A program made the position numbers and the translations under genes. The notes beneath the pieces were generated by a model that made no database searches, was not told the origin of the DNA, and was given only the letters and a program-made list of their open reading frames with translations. From the human T2T-CHM13v2.0 reference genome, Homo sapiens, in the NCBI RefSeq assembly GCF_009914755.1, contig NC_060942.1: a DNA stretch of 64,000 bases. The stretch is one strand, 5' to 3'. Shown here piece after piece: positions 24,378 through 39,229 of the stretch (position 1 is the stretch's first letter; each line of letters starts with the position of its first letter).

Positions 24378-25894
24378 AATAATGTTGCACTCCCCTCTAT
24401 GGAAACCACAGTTCTGATTCATTAGTATTATGTGTCCAAAACCATGGTAGAGAAGGGACATTGAAAAGGGACATGGGGCATGGGGCATAAATAGTCTTGA
24501 TAATTTCTCGATAAGACTATGACTATTTATATTTAGTTAAATATAAACATTTTTGTTTTGGTAAGTCCAGTAATGTCTGAATATCTGAAAGTATTAGAGG
24601 AGTTATATGGTAAGAAAGATAAGATTTATAGAAAAATCTAAGTTCAGAATTGTTAAATTATTTTTATTTGTCATATTGTTTGGATACCAGTATTACTTAC
24701 CTTTAAACCTTTCCGTTTTGTGGGATTGTTATTATTATATATGGTACCTTCTGCAATACCTAGCTATTTAGAAGTAATCGAAGTGACAAAATACCATAAT
24801 ATATGGAGATGATGACAGGGCAAGGAGAAGGAATCAAACATGCAGTACCTGGTATTATTTCCTTTTAATTTGTTTGCTATTATTATTTACATTTTACCTT
24901 AAATAGGAGACAAGTTAATTAAATATCCAATTTTCCTATTTGTAAGACAAAGAAAAAACTTATGTTTGGCTTTCTGATTTCAAGATTTTTATCTTTCTTG
25001 GGATATGTATTTTATTAAAATGTGTAATTTGGTGATTTGTATGTTTATGAAGTTTAGGGGTGGCTGAAAGTCTCACATTCTTCTAAGAGTAAAGTCTAAA
25101 TTGGAAAATAGTAAAAATTGCATACTCACAAAATTAGGCATATTCTAAATCATAGTATAACTACATCTTTAATTATGTCTCCCGAACATTCAGTAGAAAA
25201 GGGAAAATAACACTCAGAATCCCAGTAGATTTAGGAAGAGAGTTAGGAACAGAAGACAGTCTCCCTTTAGTTTTGCTCCTCTTTTAAATAGTAGTGGTTT
25301 TTTATGTGCCTTCCAGCTTCTCCCCCACTGTGCCCTTCTTCTTCCCACAGGTCTCCAGTCCCCAGATTTCTGTGCATCCTCTCTCATGCAAAGAAGGCTG
25401 GAAGACAAACTTGTGAAGCTAGAGGGTGTTTTTACTAAACACTAAAGGAGTTTTACTAAAGGAGTTTCAAGTGAGTGCCATGAAAAGACCTAATTATTCT
25501 TAAGGAGAATGGTATTTCTGTATGTTCCTACACTTGAATTTTGACAATATTTTTCTATGAAGCATCAGAGCTGTTCAAGCCACAATTCCAAAAGGGTGTG
25601 TGCTTTTTTAGATTTGATACATAATATTTTTGAATAAAAGTAGGCTTTTTGCTGGGGCTAAATATTAATATTCTTTAACAATCATTCCAATCCATAGAGT
25701 GAGATTACAAAATCTTTACTAAGGAAATTGCTTGTAAAGTGTAATGTCAAACAAATATTAATAACGTAAACACATTAACTATATATTGGTAAATAATGAG
25801 TGATATGGTAGATAAATGAAAAACAAATGCTATCGATTATGATATAGTTTTTAATGACATTCTTTTTTGGCTTGGATAGGCTTTTCTATTTTTT

Positions 25895-27280
25895 TTTTTA
25901 AACTTATTTTGAGATAATTGTAGATTTGCATGCAGTTTTGAAAAATAATAATACATAATAATAATACCATATTCCCTTTATCCAGTTTCTCCCCATGGTA
26001 ATATCTTGCATACCTACAGTACTGTATCACAACTAGGAAAATGACATTGATACTACCCGCTGCCATTATTTAGATACTACCAGTTTTACATGCACTCATT
26101 TATGCATGTGTGTTAATTCTATGCAGTTTTATTGTGTGTATAGATTCATGTGACCACGCCACAGTCAACACACAGAACAGGTTTATCACAAGGATCCCTC
26201 CTGCCACCCTTTCAAAGCGAAAGCCACTTTCTTTCTGCTCCTCCCCCACCTCCCTAACCCCAGAAACCACTAATTCTGTTCATCTTTATCATTTTGTCAT
26301 TTCAAAAATGTTAAATAAATGGAAGAATCCACTATTTAACCTTATGAGATTGGCTTTTTCATTCAGTATTATTCCTCTGAGACAATTCCAGTTGTTGTGT
26401 GCATCAATAGTTTGTTCCTTTTCATTACTTGGTAGTATTCCGTGTATGGATTACCAGTTTAGCTATTCACCCATGTGGGTTGTTTCCAGTTTTTGGCTAT
26501 TTGGAATAAAGCTACTATCAACATTTGTGTACATGTTTTTGTGTAAATGCTTTCATTTCTATGGGATGAAGAGTACAATTGCTGGGTTGTACAGTAAGTA
26601 TTTGTTTGATTTGCAAAACACTGCCGCACTTTTCAAGAGAGGCAGTTACTGTTTCACATTTCCAGGTGCAATGTCTGAGTGATCCACTTTCTCCAAATCC
26701 TTGCCAACACCTGATGTTATCACTATTTAAAAAAAAATTTAGCTATTCTGGTAAGCTTGTACTGATATGTACCCTTACCTAATAGCCAATGATGCTGAAC
26801 ATCTTTTGATATATGGGTATCTTAGTGAAATGTCCATGTCTTTGTCCCTAATTAGATTGTTTCTTACACAGTTGAGTTTTGAAAGCTCTTTATGTATTTT
26901 AGTTACAAGTACTTTGTTGGAAATGTCTTGCAAATATTTTTTTTCCAGTCTGTCACTTATCTTTCCATCCTCCTCACAGGTTTTTCACATAGCATACATT
27001 TTTTTAACTTTGATAAGGTCAATTTATCATTTTTTCTTTTAAGAATCATGCTTTTGGTGTCAAGTGTAATAACTCTGCCTAGTTGTAGGTTCTGAAAACT
27101 TTATCCTGTGTTTTTCTTCTAAATATTTTATAGTTTTATATTTTGCATGTAACTCCATATTCCATTTTAAGTAAATTTTCATACTTAGTGTAAGGTTAGA
27201 TCAAGGCCTATGAATGTTCAGCTGCTCCAACACCATTTGCTGAAATGCTGTTCCACTGAATTGTTTTTAAACCTTTGTCG
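25895..27280 (-). mobile_element. Old L1 (L1MB/L1MC) 3' region
   Basis: TTTTGAGATAATTGTAGATTTGCATGCAGTT and following antisense L1M 3' UTR/ORF2-end motifs. Confidence 0.75.
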
Positions 27281-27768
27281 CCCATCAAATGTGATTTAAT
27301 ATACTCATGAGAACACTTTATTTTTACCCATTACAGTGTTCTTTCCTTTCTGAAGACCTCTGGATCCTATTTAATCTTCATTTTTAGCAGGCAGTCCTGC
27401 TGTTCAGGTGTAGTATAAGGACTGGGTGGATGTGTTGGTTCAGCCTTCCATTGGGCCCTGCCATCACCACTCTGGCAAAAGTAGAGCACAGACTGCCTCT
27501 CATTGCAGATGGGTGAGGTGGCAGCTCAGCTCCCCTTCTGGCCCTGCTGACATCCTCCTGGCAAAGGTGGGGCACTGATTTGCACATCCTTTTTGCTTTC
27601 CAGTGGGACTGGAAGCTTACCTCCCCAGTGGAACCTGATGACACAGGGGAGGTGACAAGGAAGTGGAGTGCTGCGTAGGCCCGTGTCCTACCTCTTTGTT
27701 TCACCTTGTTGATACCCAGGTGGGAATGGAGGCTCAGATCCCTGCTGAACCCTGCTAACACCAGAGAG

Positions 27769-28208
27769 GGTATATTAGTTTCCTTTGGCAACTATAACAA
27801 AGTTCCACAAATTTAGTGGCTTAAAAAGACAAATTTGTTGTCTCATAACTCTGGAGGCCAGAAGTCTGAGAGCAGGGCCACACTGCCTCTGAAAGCTCTA
27901 GGGGAGAATCCTTTTTCACTTCTTCCAGCTTCTGGTGGCTCCAAGTGTTCCTGGGCTGTGGCTGTAAAACTCCAGTCTCTACCTCTGTCTTCACATGGCT
28001 TTCTCCTCTTCTACGTGTCTCTATCCTCTATGTATCTCTTATAAGGACATTTGTTTTTGGATTTAGGGCCACCAGGATAATCCAGGGTGATCTCATCTTG
28101 AGGTCTTTAATTATCTTTGCAAAGACTCTTTTTCCAAATTAGGTCAGATTCACAAGTTCCAGGGATGTGACATGGACATTTTTTTGGTGGGTCACTGTTC
28201 CCACTACA
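27769..28208 (-). mobile_element. MLT1B/C-like MaLR LTR
   Basis: TATATTAGTTTCCT...CACAAATTTAGTGGCTTAAAA...CTGGAGGCCAGAAGTCTGAG...CCACTACA. Confidence 0.8.
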
Positions 28209-28334
28209 CCCTGATGCAGGGTGGGGATGGAGGCTTAGCATCCTGCTGGGCCTTGATGACTCCAGGGGTAAGAGTAGGGGTGGGAGAGGGTAGTGAAGCT
28301 CCCTGGTCACTAGCCTTTCTTTGCACTACCTAGC

Positions 28335-28609
28335 TGCTATGGGTTGAATGTCCCTCTGCTTTTATGAATGGATTAATGTTATTATCACAGAAGTGGCTTT
28401 GTTATAAAAGTGAGCTCTCTCTTGCTGTTACCCTCGTGTCATGTGATACCCTCCACCATGTTATGATGTAGCAAGAAGGCCCTCACCAGGTGTCGGTACC
28501 ACACTCTTGGACTTCTCAGTCTCCAGAATTGTGAACTAAATAAACTTCTTTTCTTTATAATTTATACAACCTGTGGTATTGTTATAGCCCCAGAAAATGG
28601 ACTAAGACA
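28335..28609 (+). mobile_element. MST/MLT1A-like MaLR LTR with internal deletion
   Basis: TGCTATGGGTTGAATGTCCC start; AGAAAATGGACTAAGACA end. Confidence 0.75.
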
Positions 28610-29042
28610 TTGGTTAAGTCTCATTGCTGCCAGCTGGAGGTGGAAGCTGTCTTTGTCTCTGGACTTCACTCATACTGCCTATGTTACCTCCTGCTTCTGC
28701 TGAGTGGAAGATAGAAATCAGCTCCCTGCTTGGTCAGTCTACATCACCTGGAAGGGCAATCAGTGCTGTCTGCATCTGCCAGGTAGAAGATGGGAGATTA
28801 GCTCCCTGCTCAGCTTTGTAGACACCATGGGATAGGGGTGTGTCAGGGCACCACCATCTGCTTCTGTGGGACAGGGGTGGGTAGGATAGAAAAGTGTCTC
28901 CTTGCTCTGCCACACTGAAACCATGGGGGTGGTTTGTAGGTTGATGCTTGGCTGGTGTAGGGTAGGCATTATAAAAAAGTGTTTTGTTCTGTTAGGCACC
29001 TGGTCCTATGACTAGGAGGAGAAGGCTTTTCATGCATGCAGT

Positions 29043-29078
29043 TGTGTGTGTGTGTGTGTGTGTGTGCATGTGTGTGTG
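29043..29078. repeat. Interrupted (TG)n microsatellite
   Basis: TG dinucleotide run with one CA interruption. Confidence 0.9.
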
Positions 29079-29586
29079 TTTCTTTCCCACCTGGGATATG
29101 TGGGAGGCAATAAGGAAACCCAGAGAACTCACTGAATGTCATTCCTTAAGTCCCGACGTCCATAGATAGCTTGCTGCATTCTTTCCACCTATGCTTGAGT
29201 TTTCCTATGCTTGTTTATTGTGTTATGTGCAGGGTCTTTAAGTTTTAAGAGGAAAGACTTGGGAGGAATGGGCTATTGCATCTTGGCCACACCAGAAATT
29301 GTTTGATGACTCATTGCATTTAAAATTCTAAATGTCATTGGTCATACATTTTAGTGGAATTCTTTTCAATTTTTATGTTCATGTTTCCTACAATTGTCAG
29401 TTTAAGCAGTAAGTGAAAGAAAAACAATTTAAAATGTATTTTAACTTTTAGTTAATGCTGACCTCTGACTGTATCTGCTTTCTTATTGGTCCTTATACAG
29501 AGGATTTTACAGGGACAAAAGCAAAAGATAAAAATATACTAATAACACTTATTTAACATCATTCTTACGTGAGATTAAAAACGGTA

Positions 29587-29592
29587 TTTAAT
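29587..29592 (-). terminator. Candidate STARD6 poly(A) signal ATTAAA
   Basis: TTTAAT on + strand, about 180 nt downstream of the stop codon; a canonical AATAAA alternative lies at 29214-29219. Confidence 0.55.
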
Positions 29593-29769
29593 GCCATATT
29601 CTTGTACAACTATGAGTTCTTATTTTTATGAACTATCTTCAGCCATGTGTACAAGAATACTGTCTAGAATAGTTTAACAGTATTATTTATGTGCGTTGAC
29701 TTAGAAGTAAACAGCAATAACTACTACACATGATTTTATAGCAGAACGGCCTCATTTCTTCTTTTGGTA

Positions 29770-29953
29770 TCATGAATGACTATTATGATGAAATCCACGT
29801 CTTGATGGAGTTCTGTGTGCCTTTATTCCATCTTTTGCATTGAGGATGAAGTTTACTAAGTTGGAAGGCATGGTTTTTTCAATTATTGATGGGGACAATT
29901 TTCCTCTCATTTCTGTCTGGACAAACATCACTAGTTTGGAATATGCTGGGTTT
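29770..29953 (-). CDS. STARD6: STARD6 coding exon 6 (last), 184 nt including stop
   Basis: AG acceptor at 29954-29955; translates NPAYSKLVMFVQTEMRGKLSPSIIEKTMPSNLVNFILNAKDGIKAHRTPSRRGFHHNSHS*; phase matches the previous exon. Confidence 0.96.
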
Positions 29954-30632
29954 CTGTAAGCAAAAGAAGAGTTAAAAAAAGATAAGAAATTTTTAGATTT
30001 AACTACTGACTTTACAGGTTTTTGGAGAGCAGGATTCTTATCTTATTCACCGTTGACATACTTAAAAATTGTACTTAAAAATATTAAGTGGCTAGAATAT
30101 TTCTTAAAATCTTGAGTTTTAGGCACCATTTCCTTTTTGTCATTTTATTGACTTTAAAAAATTCTAACAGTAATGTATGCTTATTATGAAAATTTAAACA
30201 ATATAAATTTTTCATAATTAAAGAAAATTTTCCCTCCCTCATTTCCCTTATCCTGTTTCCCAGAGATAATCACTGTTTACAGTTTTAATTGTTATATTTT
30301 CGCGTGACTATCTTTCTCTCTCTCTATATATATACACAAAAACAGCATACATTTGTACATAAATGAATATGTTCCCCACATATATAAATATAGTTTTATT
30401 TTTTAATGGAGATATTTTTCTGCAACTAGTTTTATTTTTATCTTAATAGGACACTATGAACTTCCTTCTGTGTCTGTACATACAATCTACTTAACTGTTT
30501 TTCATGGCTACAGACAGTATTTCATTTTCTATTTAACAGTCCTTTTATTGACTATCATTTAGGTTGTTTCTCACTTTTGGCTACTGTAAGTAAAGCTGCA
30601 ATAAAATATCTTTGTAATGTATCCATTTATGC

Positions 30633-30927
30633 TTTTTTTTTTTGAGACAGGGTCTTACTCTGTTGCCCAGGCTGGAGTGCAGTGACGTGATTCTAGTTCA
30701 CTGCAGCCTCGAACTCCTGAATTTAAGCGATTCTCCAGCCTCAGTCTTCTGAGTGGCTGCGATTACAGGTGTGCCCAATCATGCCTGGCTAGATTTTAAA
30801 ATTTTTTTAAAGAGACAGGGTCTCATTATGTTGCCAAGGCCAGTCTCAAGCTCCTTGCCTCAAGCGATCCTCCCACTTCGGCCTCCCAAAATGCTGGGAT
30901 TACAGGTGTGACCCACCTCACCCAGCC
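30633..30927 (-). mobile_element. AluJ element
   Basis: Diverged antisense Alu dimer. Confidence 0.88.
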
Positions 30928-31382
30928 CCATTTACACTTTTATAAATACTTATAATTTCTAGGTCAAAGGTTTGTGCATTAAGGTTTTTGACACATTAAT
31001 TCCAAACTGCACTCTAAGTGGTATTTTATATTCTAGCCCATTGATCTTCACACTGGGGTCAGAAAGGGTGAATACTTTTAAGAGAATAAATTTTCCAATC
31101 TCTAACTTCCATATGCATTTTTTCCGTAATCAGATCTGTAAATATGTCTCTGTTGGAGATGTGGGCTTTTTCTTTCCTATCAGCCTGTTCAAAATCGCCC
31201 TTCTCTTGCTTTATGCAACAAAGGCATACCTGTTATCCACACTAAGTGGTACTATGGTGCTTTACCTTGGTATATAAAAATCTTTGAGATGCTAAAGGGA
31301 AAATCTGATTAGTGGCTAGTTGAGAAAAAATTCTTTTCCAAGTCATGCCATTTTTTTTTTTCAGTAAAACTTAAGGATCTAA

Positions 31383-31737
<355 letters not shown>

Positions 31738-32009
31738 TGATGATAGGTTACTACATAATTTATGGTATATAATTCATAAATTTTTTATATAAAAATAAAA
31801 TAAAAAATATTTTTATATAATTCTCAAATTTTATTTTTATTTATTATTAAATCAAAAATTAATTGAATGACAGTGCTGGAATTATACTCTCTCCATTTCA
31901 ACACATTTATGTTAATAAATTTTCTTTGATTTTCTTAAAATGAAAGCAGTAGTAGACTTGATATTGAATGCTGTCTTATTTTTCAGTAATATACACCCAC
32001 AGTTAAATG

Positions 32010-32260
32010 AAATGAGTGTAATGGTTAAAAGCGTGGACTCAGGAACTAGTCTGCCTTGATTTGAAACTGAGCTTTGCTATTACCTATATGTAACCTTCAG
32101 ATAGTTAATCTCTTTGGGCTTCCACTTTCTTTCCTGCCCATTGGGCATAGTCACACTACCTACTTTATGGGGTTACTTTGAAGATCAAATGAGTCAATAT
32201 ATACAAATTGTTTATAATAGTGCCTAGCACATAGTAAGTGCTATTTCAGTTTTGCTAATA
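32010..32260 (+). mobile_element. MIR
   Basis: GTGTAATGGTTAAAAGCGTGGACTC...AGATCAAATGAGTCAATATA...GTGCCTAGCACATAGTAAGTGCT. Confidence 0.75.
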
Positions 32261-32923
32261 ATAAAATATGTGTTTCTAATAACAGTTTGCATTATGTTTA
32301 ATATTTGTATACAAACATTTTTAATTTTGATCAATATATAATGATAACAACTTAATCCAGAAGGCATATATATATTTTTAATTGTTAGATAGTATGGTTA
32401 TAGGAAATAAAACACATTTTAAAACTTTAAACACATGTCATTTTTACAGAGAATTAGGATGACTACGAAAAAATTCAAAGCATAAAATATATTCTATTAG
32501 AATAAAATTATATGAGGGAAAAATAAAAATGTGAGTTCAAGGAGGAAAGGAATGATGTAAAGTTTCTGACTGTTAAAAGTTGTATTTATTTTGAAATGAA
32601 TAATTTAATGGTGGGTTTCAAGTTATGGTATTTATAATCTACTGGATACGTTTATAAGGATGGTATAACCGCTTTTTAAAAAATGTCAATGTTTAGCGCA
32701 TGCTGGGAATTGTACTTTTCATCAACGTAATTTACTTTTCATCAATGTAATCCCTATGAAAAATTTTAATGTCAACTTAAAAATGTGCAAGAGAGAATAT
32801 AGTTTTATAAAATTTTCAAGGGAGACTACCCTTCCAACAAATAGTGTGAGCGTCCATTTTCTTATACTTTTCTCTATGCAGGGTTTATACTATTTTTACA
32901 GTGCCTCAAATGGCTACACCGAG

Positions 32924-33273
32924 AACAGAGTAGTTCCCTCTTATACTCTGTTTCACTTTCTGCAGTTTCATTTATCCAAGGTCAACCTGTTCCAGAAATA
33001 AGAAAAATTCATAAGCTTTTAATTGTACATTGTTCTGAGTAATGTGATGAAATCTTACACCGTCCTGCTCTGTCCCACCCAGGATGTGAAATCATCCCTT
33101 TACCAGTGTATTCAGGCTGTATAGGCCACCCACCCGTTAGTCACTTAGTAGCCCTCTTGATTATGAGATTAAAAAAACCATGGTGTATACATAGGGTTTG
33201 GTACTATCCATGGGTTTAGGCATTTACTTGGGGTCATGGAACGTATCTCCATGGATAAATGGGGGAACTACTG
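32924..33273. mobile_element. MER44 (Tigger7-derived) MITE
   Basis: Terminal inverted repeats AGTAGTTCCCTCTTAT / GATAAATGGGGGAACTACTG; internal CCCACCCGTTAGTCACTTAGTAGCC. Confidence 0.75.
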
Positions 33274-34424
33274 TCCTTACTAGTAGTTTGTATGGTCTTA
33301 AATCTTTATTTGTGTTTACAATGGCTTTACACACATGAGAAAGCCTTTCTAATATTTACTGGAGTGCACTTCTACATTGACAAGGTGCAAGAAGGGGACT
33401 TGGCCTGTGAAGCACACTTTAAGCTGTGTAATTTTCCAACTCTAGTCCATGCCAGCAGTTGATTTACCTTGCTGAATTGGAGTAATTACCCTTCATTTGT
33501 TTTGTTTTCTCCTGCTATGGAGAATAAAGTCTTGGCCATAGATTCAAAATTGACAAATGGGTAGAAAGACCATACATTGTTATTATTATTATCTGCATCA
33601 ACAATCGTATACATTAACATGAATAATTGTGAGGTTTTTTAGTTTTCCAGTTCAGTAGAGGAAATGTTAAGGAATACAGGTCCAAAATTTAATTTCATTT
33701 GGGCTTCCTTCACATACATTTTTTTTTTTGTACTGAGACATTTATATCTGACCAATACATCTGTTATCACGTGCCAATATCTTTTACTTAATAAAAAATC
33801 ATTTAGCAAACATTAAAATTTAAGGAACTTGTGAAATGATATACATTGAATTTGAGTATATGCTTTTACAAAATAAGTATATTTTATGCTGCCATTTTAT
33901 CCCAAGGCCACCTTTAGGCAGTGACTCATCTCTGATTTCTTCGGCTTTTCTTTTTATCTGAATGTACCTACTGGATCTCATTTTGCAGGTATCTGCTCTT
34001 AGTAGGTAGTCCATTGGGAAGAATTCATTCAAAGTAAAACATTCATTACTGATAAATGTTAAGTGTGCTATAATTCTAGGAAAGTTTATTTTTAATTCAC
34101 AAAAGTTCCTTAATAATTTACAGAAATGACTCTAATGGAGAAATAGAAAACATCAAGGAAGCTTAACTGCTGGGAAATGTTTGTGTGTGTTTGACTGTTC
34201 TCAGAAACCTCAGATCATACTTTATAGGGAAGTATCCATTCTGATTATACTTAAAATGAAAACGATTATAAGAAGTTATTTTAAAAATCATATTTAGGGG
34301 AAGTTTTTTTCCCGCAACAGAATATGCTGCTACATATTTCTACTGATGAGCCAGCAATCTTAAACTAAATCACAAGTTGAACTAAAAAAACCTGTTAAAA
34401 TAAATAAGTGCAAACAACACTTAC

Positions 34425-34518
34425 TCTTCCATTGGTGAACATACAAAGCCACAAGGATGGTTATAACCGCGGATATAATTTGAAGATGGAGGATATTCTG
34501 GAAAATCCACACTTTTAG
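34425..34518 (-). CDS. STARD6: STARD6 coding exon 5, 94 nt
   Basis: AG/GTAAG boundaries; translates [32 protein letters not shown], including the START-domain IRG motif. Confidence 0.96.
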
Positions 34519-36819
34519 CTAAGAGATTTTAAAAAATTAAAATGAAACCTATTCACAAAGAGGAAAAACTATTTCCAGCAGCATATTTTTAGAAACATAT
34601 AGCATTTAAGTTAGTTAATAGCATTAACATTAGTTTTATATATGTGAATGTGTATTTGCACATGTGAAGCCAAAATTGAGAAAATACCAGTATCAACACT
34701 ATTGTCCTCTTGAACTTTTTCCTGCTAGTTATTTCTAAAGATGCTGTCAACTTCTGTATACAAGAAAAATGGTTAAAAGTATCATTGAACTATTTTCTGA
34801 GATTTGAAGCAAAAGATAGCTCAAATCTCAGAAAATAGTTAATGCTGATAACTAACTTAAATCTCACTGGGTTTGAGTGAAAACTGTTAACTGGCTTTGG
34901 GTGAATACTATTCTGCTAGGGTCCTGGGTTCATAGATTTTTGTGTTAATCATGTTTTTTTTTTTAAATAAAATATTCAAAGTAGTTAGATGGTCTGTCAG
35001 TAAAGGTACTTTAAAATGCTTCCTTCTGCAATTCCCTGTAGCTAACTTCAAACTCTAACTAAAAATCAATAGAGTTTATTTTAGAATTATGCAACCTAGT
35101 GTCTGTATTCTATGTGAATGCAGAGGGGGGTGGTTTATGATTTCATTTATGATAATATATATACTCTTCTAAAACTATTTTAAAAGATATATTTGTTTAT
35201 TCTGTGCAACTGAATCCTGCTCTTGTCAGAGAAGATGGATTTTCTGATATGATTTTAACATAAAGCAAATCAATTCCATGGGAAATACAATGTAAAACAC
35301 TAAGGAGACTAGAGTTGTTGAATGAATTTTCCATTTTTATGACTTATATCATTATCTTAACAGAGCCTATAATAGTACTGCCAGAGTGATCTTATTATAA
35401 AAGATTTTTTCCCTGTTTGAAATATGGAAATTATGCTTGTCTTCTTTAAAAAAATCTGTTGTAGTCTACAAACAGGTATGGGTCTTTTATGAAGCATATG
35501 GTGTGGTAGTTAGCACTTATTTTGGAAAATCAGAAAGATCTGAGTTTTAATTCTGGGTTACCTACTTATTAGCTATGTAACTTACTTTCTTAACTGCTTA
35601 ATTTCCATGAACTTCAGTTTCCTCACTAGTGAGATAATGCAAGCAAAATATTTAGCTTAAAGCAAGGTGCAGGGCAGGATAAAAAAAAAGAAATGTTAAG
35701 AAAACTATGAGTACTGATTGAAAATTCATTCAATGGAAACTTTTAAAAGCAAATTGAGTAGTGATTTGTGCACCACGTGGTTGATTACCTCTAGTTGTTG
35801 ATTTTAACCTCTACTTCTTTTTTTAGCTTCCCTCTGATCACTAATAATTATATAGAAATGGTCTGCTTTCAAAATGTGGAAAATAACAGATCTATGATCT
35901 GTTCAGACAAACTATTTTATGTTGTAGGCAGTGAATACATTATATGTGCCCTCATTTCAAAAATGAGACAACGAAACATATATGAACATTATGAACATCA
36001 GCCCTTAGTGGTATGCTGCAGAAAGAGCTAACTGGGTTTGAATGAGTGCTATGACTTAGTCTGAACTCTGAAATGTAGAGTACTAAAGATATCTCGGAGG
36101 AACTGAAATCTTGTTGGGAAATAATAATTAACGAAACGTAGTTGTCCCTGGTGCCAAGTAGAAATGGTGAAATTAATTCAAATTATAGAGAAAAACGGGC
36201 TCTATGCCACTGTGATACCCAAGTTCCTTCACCATGAGTTATCTTAAGTTATCTGAGTCCATAGATCTGTATGGTATGAAATGGTATGTTCTCATCAATA
36301 ATGCAAGTTAGAAAATGATTACACATTTGCATTTTACAGAATGACATATTTGGGAGTGGGGATAGGGATACATCAAAACCGGCAGTTTCTAAAAGAAATA
36401 AAAGCACATTTATGTAAAGAGCCATCTAGTGGAAATTTCTTTAACAGTTTTATCAGTTACTGGATATGTGCATTATAAGCAATTCAAATATAAAATTATA
36501 TCTGACAATTAATTTTGTTTCTTAGGATTTAAAAAATGTATACCCAAAGTTTTAGGCTACAAGTATCTATCTATACTCAGTGCTACAGGATATATGCTGC
36601 AAAAGTCTAAGAGATGTTGCAAATATTGACCATTATATAAATGGCACCTTCAGAGTGTCACTAGGCATATCTACATGATACGTCTAATTGTTGATCCCAC
36701 TAAGTAAATTTAAAAAGGAAATAATTAAAATATAATTTCTTTGAAGCTGTGAATAAAGGGAAAACATTTATTAATGGCTCGCAGTAATTCCAAGATATGG
36801 GCAAAATGTTTCAACTTAC

Positions 36820-36937
36820 AACTGATAATGTTCATATTTCCTTCGTAGCGCTTGATGTACACTAAGTCGATAAAGTCTCGAGGGGAAATGGAGCCCACGG
36901 CAAAACTTTGTGTAATGGTATGACATATGAATGTGTC
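36820..36937 (-). CDS. STARD6: STARD6 coding exon 4, 118 nt
   Basis: CAG/GTAAG boundaries; [39 protein letters not shown] with the START-domain SPRDF motif (inside ORF 36725-36967). Confidence 0.97.
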
Positions 36938-37335
36938 CTGCAACAAATCAAACCGTAAAGATAACAAACGTTACTTAATATCTATTCTTTGTATTGTTTC
37001 CCCCCCAAATTTTATTGCATATGATTGGCCTCTATTTGGAAAAAGCAGGGCTTTGAAATTTTAAGATCTCGTCACCAAATCAGCTTGGATTTTGAGTGTT
37101 AAAGGAGCATTAAATCTACGAGTGTAGAAAATTCAAGAAGCAATCTTGATATCATCTACTCTTTCAATTTTTAGATGGAGAAATTGAAGCCTAACAGATT
37201 AAATCACATTCACATCTAGAGATAAGTACAGAAATAGAACCCAGGTTTCCTGATTCCCCATACAGTACTATTTCTACTACTCCACATAGGCTAAGTAATA
37301 TATTCTGAAAAATACATTGATTTAGCACCCTGTGG

Positions 37336-38020
<685 letters not shown>

Positions 38021-38245
38021 AAACATACTCCTGGAGATGAATACTACAAATCTTTACAAAAAGGGAAAATAATTCTAATTTAGAATTAGGAGACCAGGTA
38101 CGAGTCCTGGTTCTATCACATATTGGCTGCATCATCCTTGAATAAGTCATATAATCTCTCTGAATTTGTTTTCAGGTTTTTGGATGTCACGTCTAGTATT
38201 CTTTCTATTATAACATATGACTTGCAACAACAATAGAAATTTCTG

Positions 38246-38553
<308 letters not shown>

Positions 38554-39229
38554 TCAAACTGTATGATTAGTATCATACAAAGATGAATGAAATAGTTAAA
38601 TTTTTGGATTTTCATTTGTGATGCCCAGTGGTTCTCAAACTGAATGTTCAAATCCCAAGAAGATCATGGACATGTGTTTTCTGTGGATAGGAACTTCCTC
38701 TCTACAAAATAAAACTGATTTACAAGATGAAGATCAAGGACTTTCTACAAGATGAAACAGATTTACCTTCATGGGCTTTTCTATAACTCTTCTCTCCTAG
38801 ATTTTAAGATGAGTTTAATAAAAGTAGGTAAAATTACAGAGTTCTAAATAAATGATAATATGATGGCAGATATGTGGGATGTTTATTTATTTATTTACTT
38901 ATTTTTGTTTGCTTTGATAAATGAAATGCAGGTTGGAGACTTAAAGAACTAAAGGCCTAGTGATCTGAAATTTTACAAATGCAATCATTTGTGAAAATCA
39001 TAAAAATTAGTTTTATTCCATCATTCACATTCTCATCTCTTTTAAATAAAGTTATTATTAGCCAAAAATCTAGGACTCATTTTTAAAAACAGCTTATTGA
39101 GTATAATATACATACCATGAATTCACCTATTTTAAGTATGTAGTTCAATGAATTTCCCAAAGGAACTTTATTTGTGCAATTTCATCACAATCCAGTTTTA
39201 GAAGACTTATCTGATTCCTCTCTCCCTGC

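Noticed and set aside
36725-36967. 80-aa ORF as a standalone gene
   Set aside because: Only 36820-36937 is exonic (STARD6); the flanks are intron read-through. The same applies to ORF 42173-42358.
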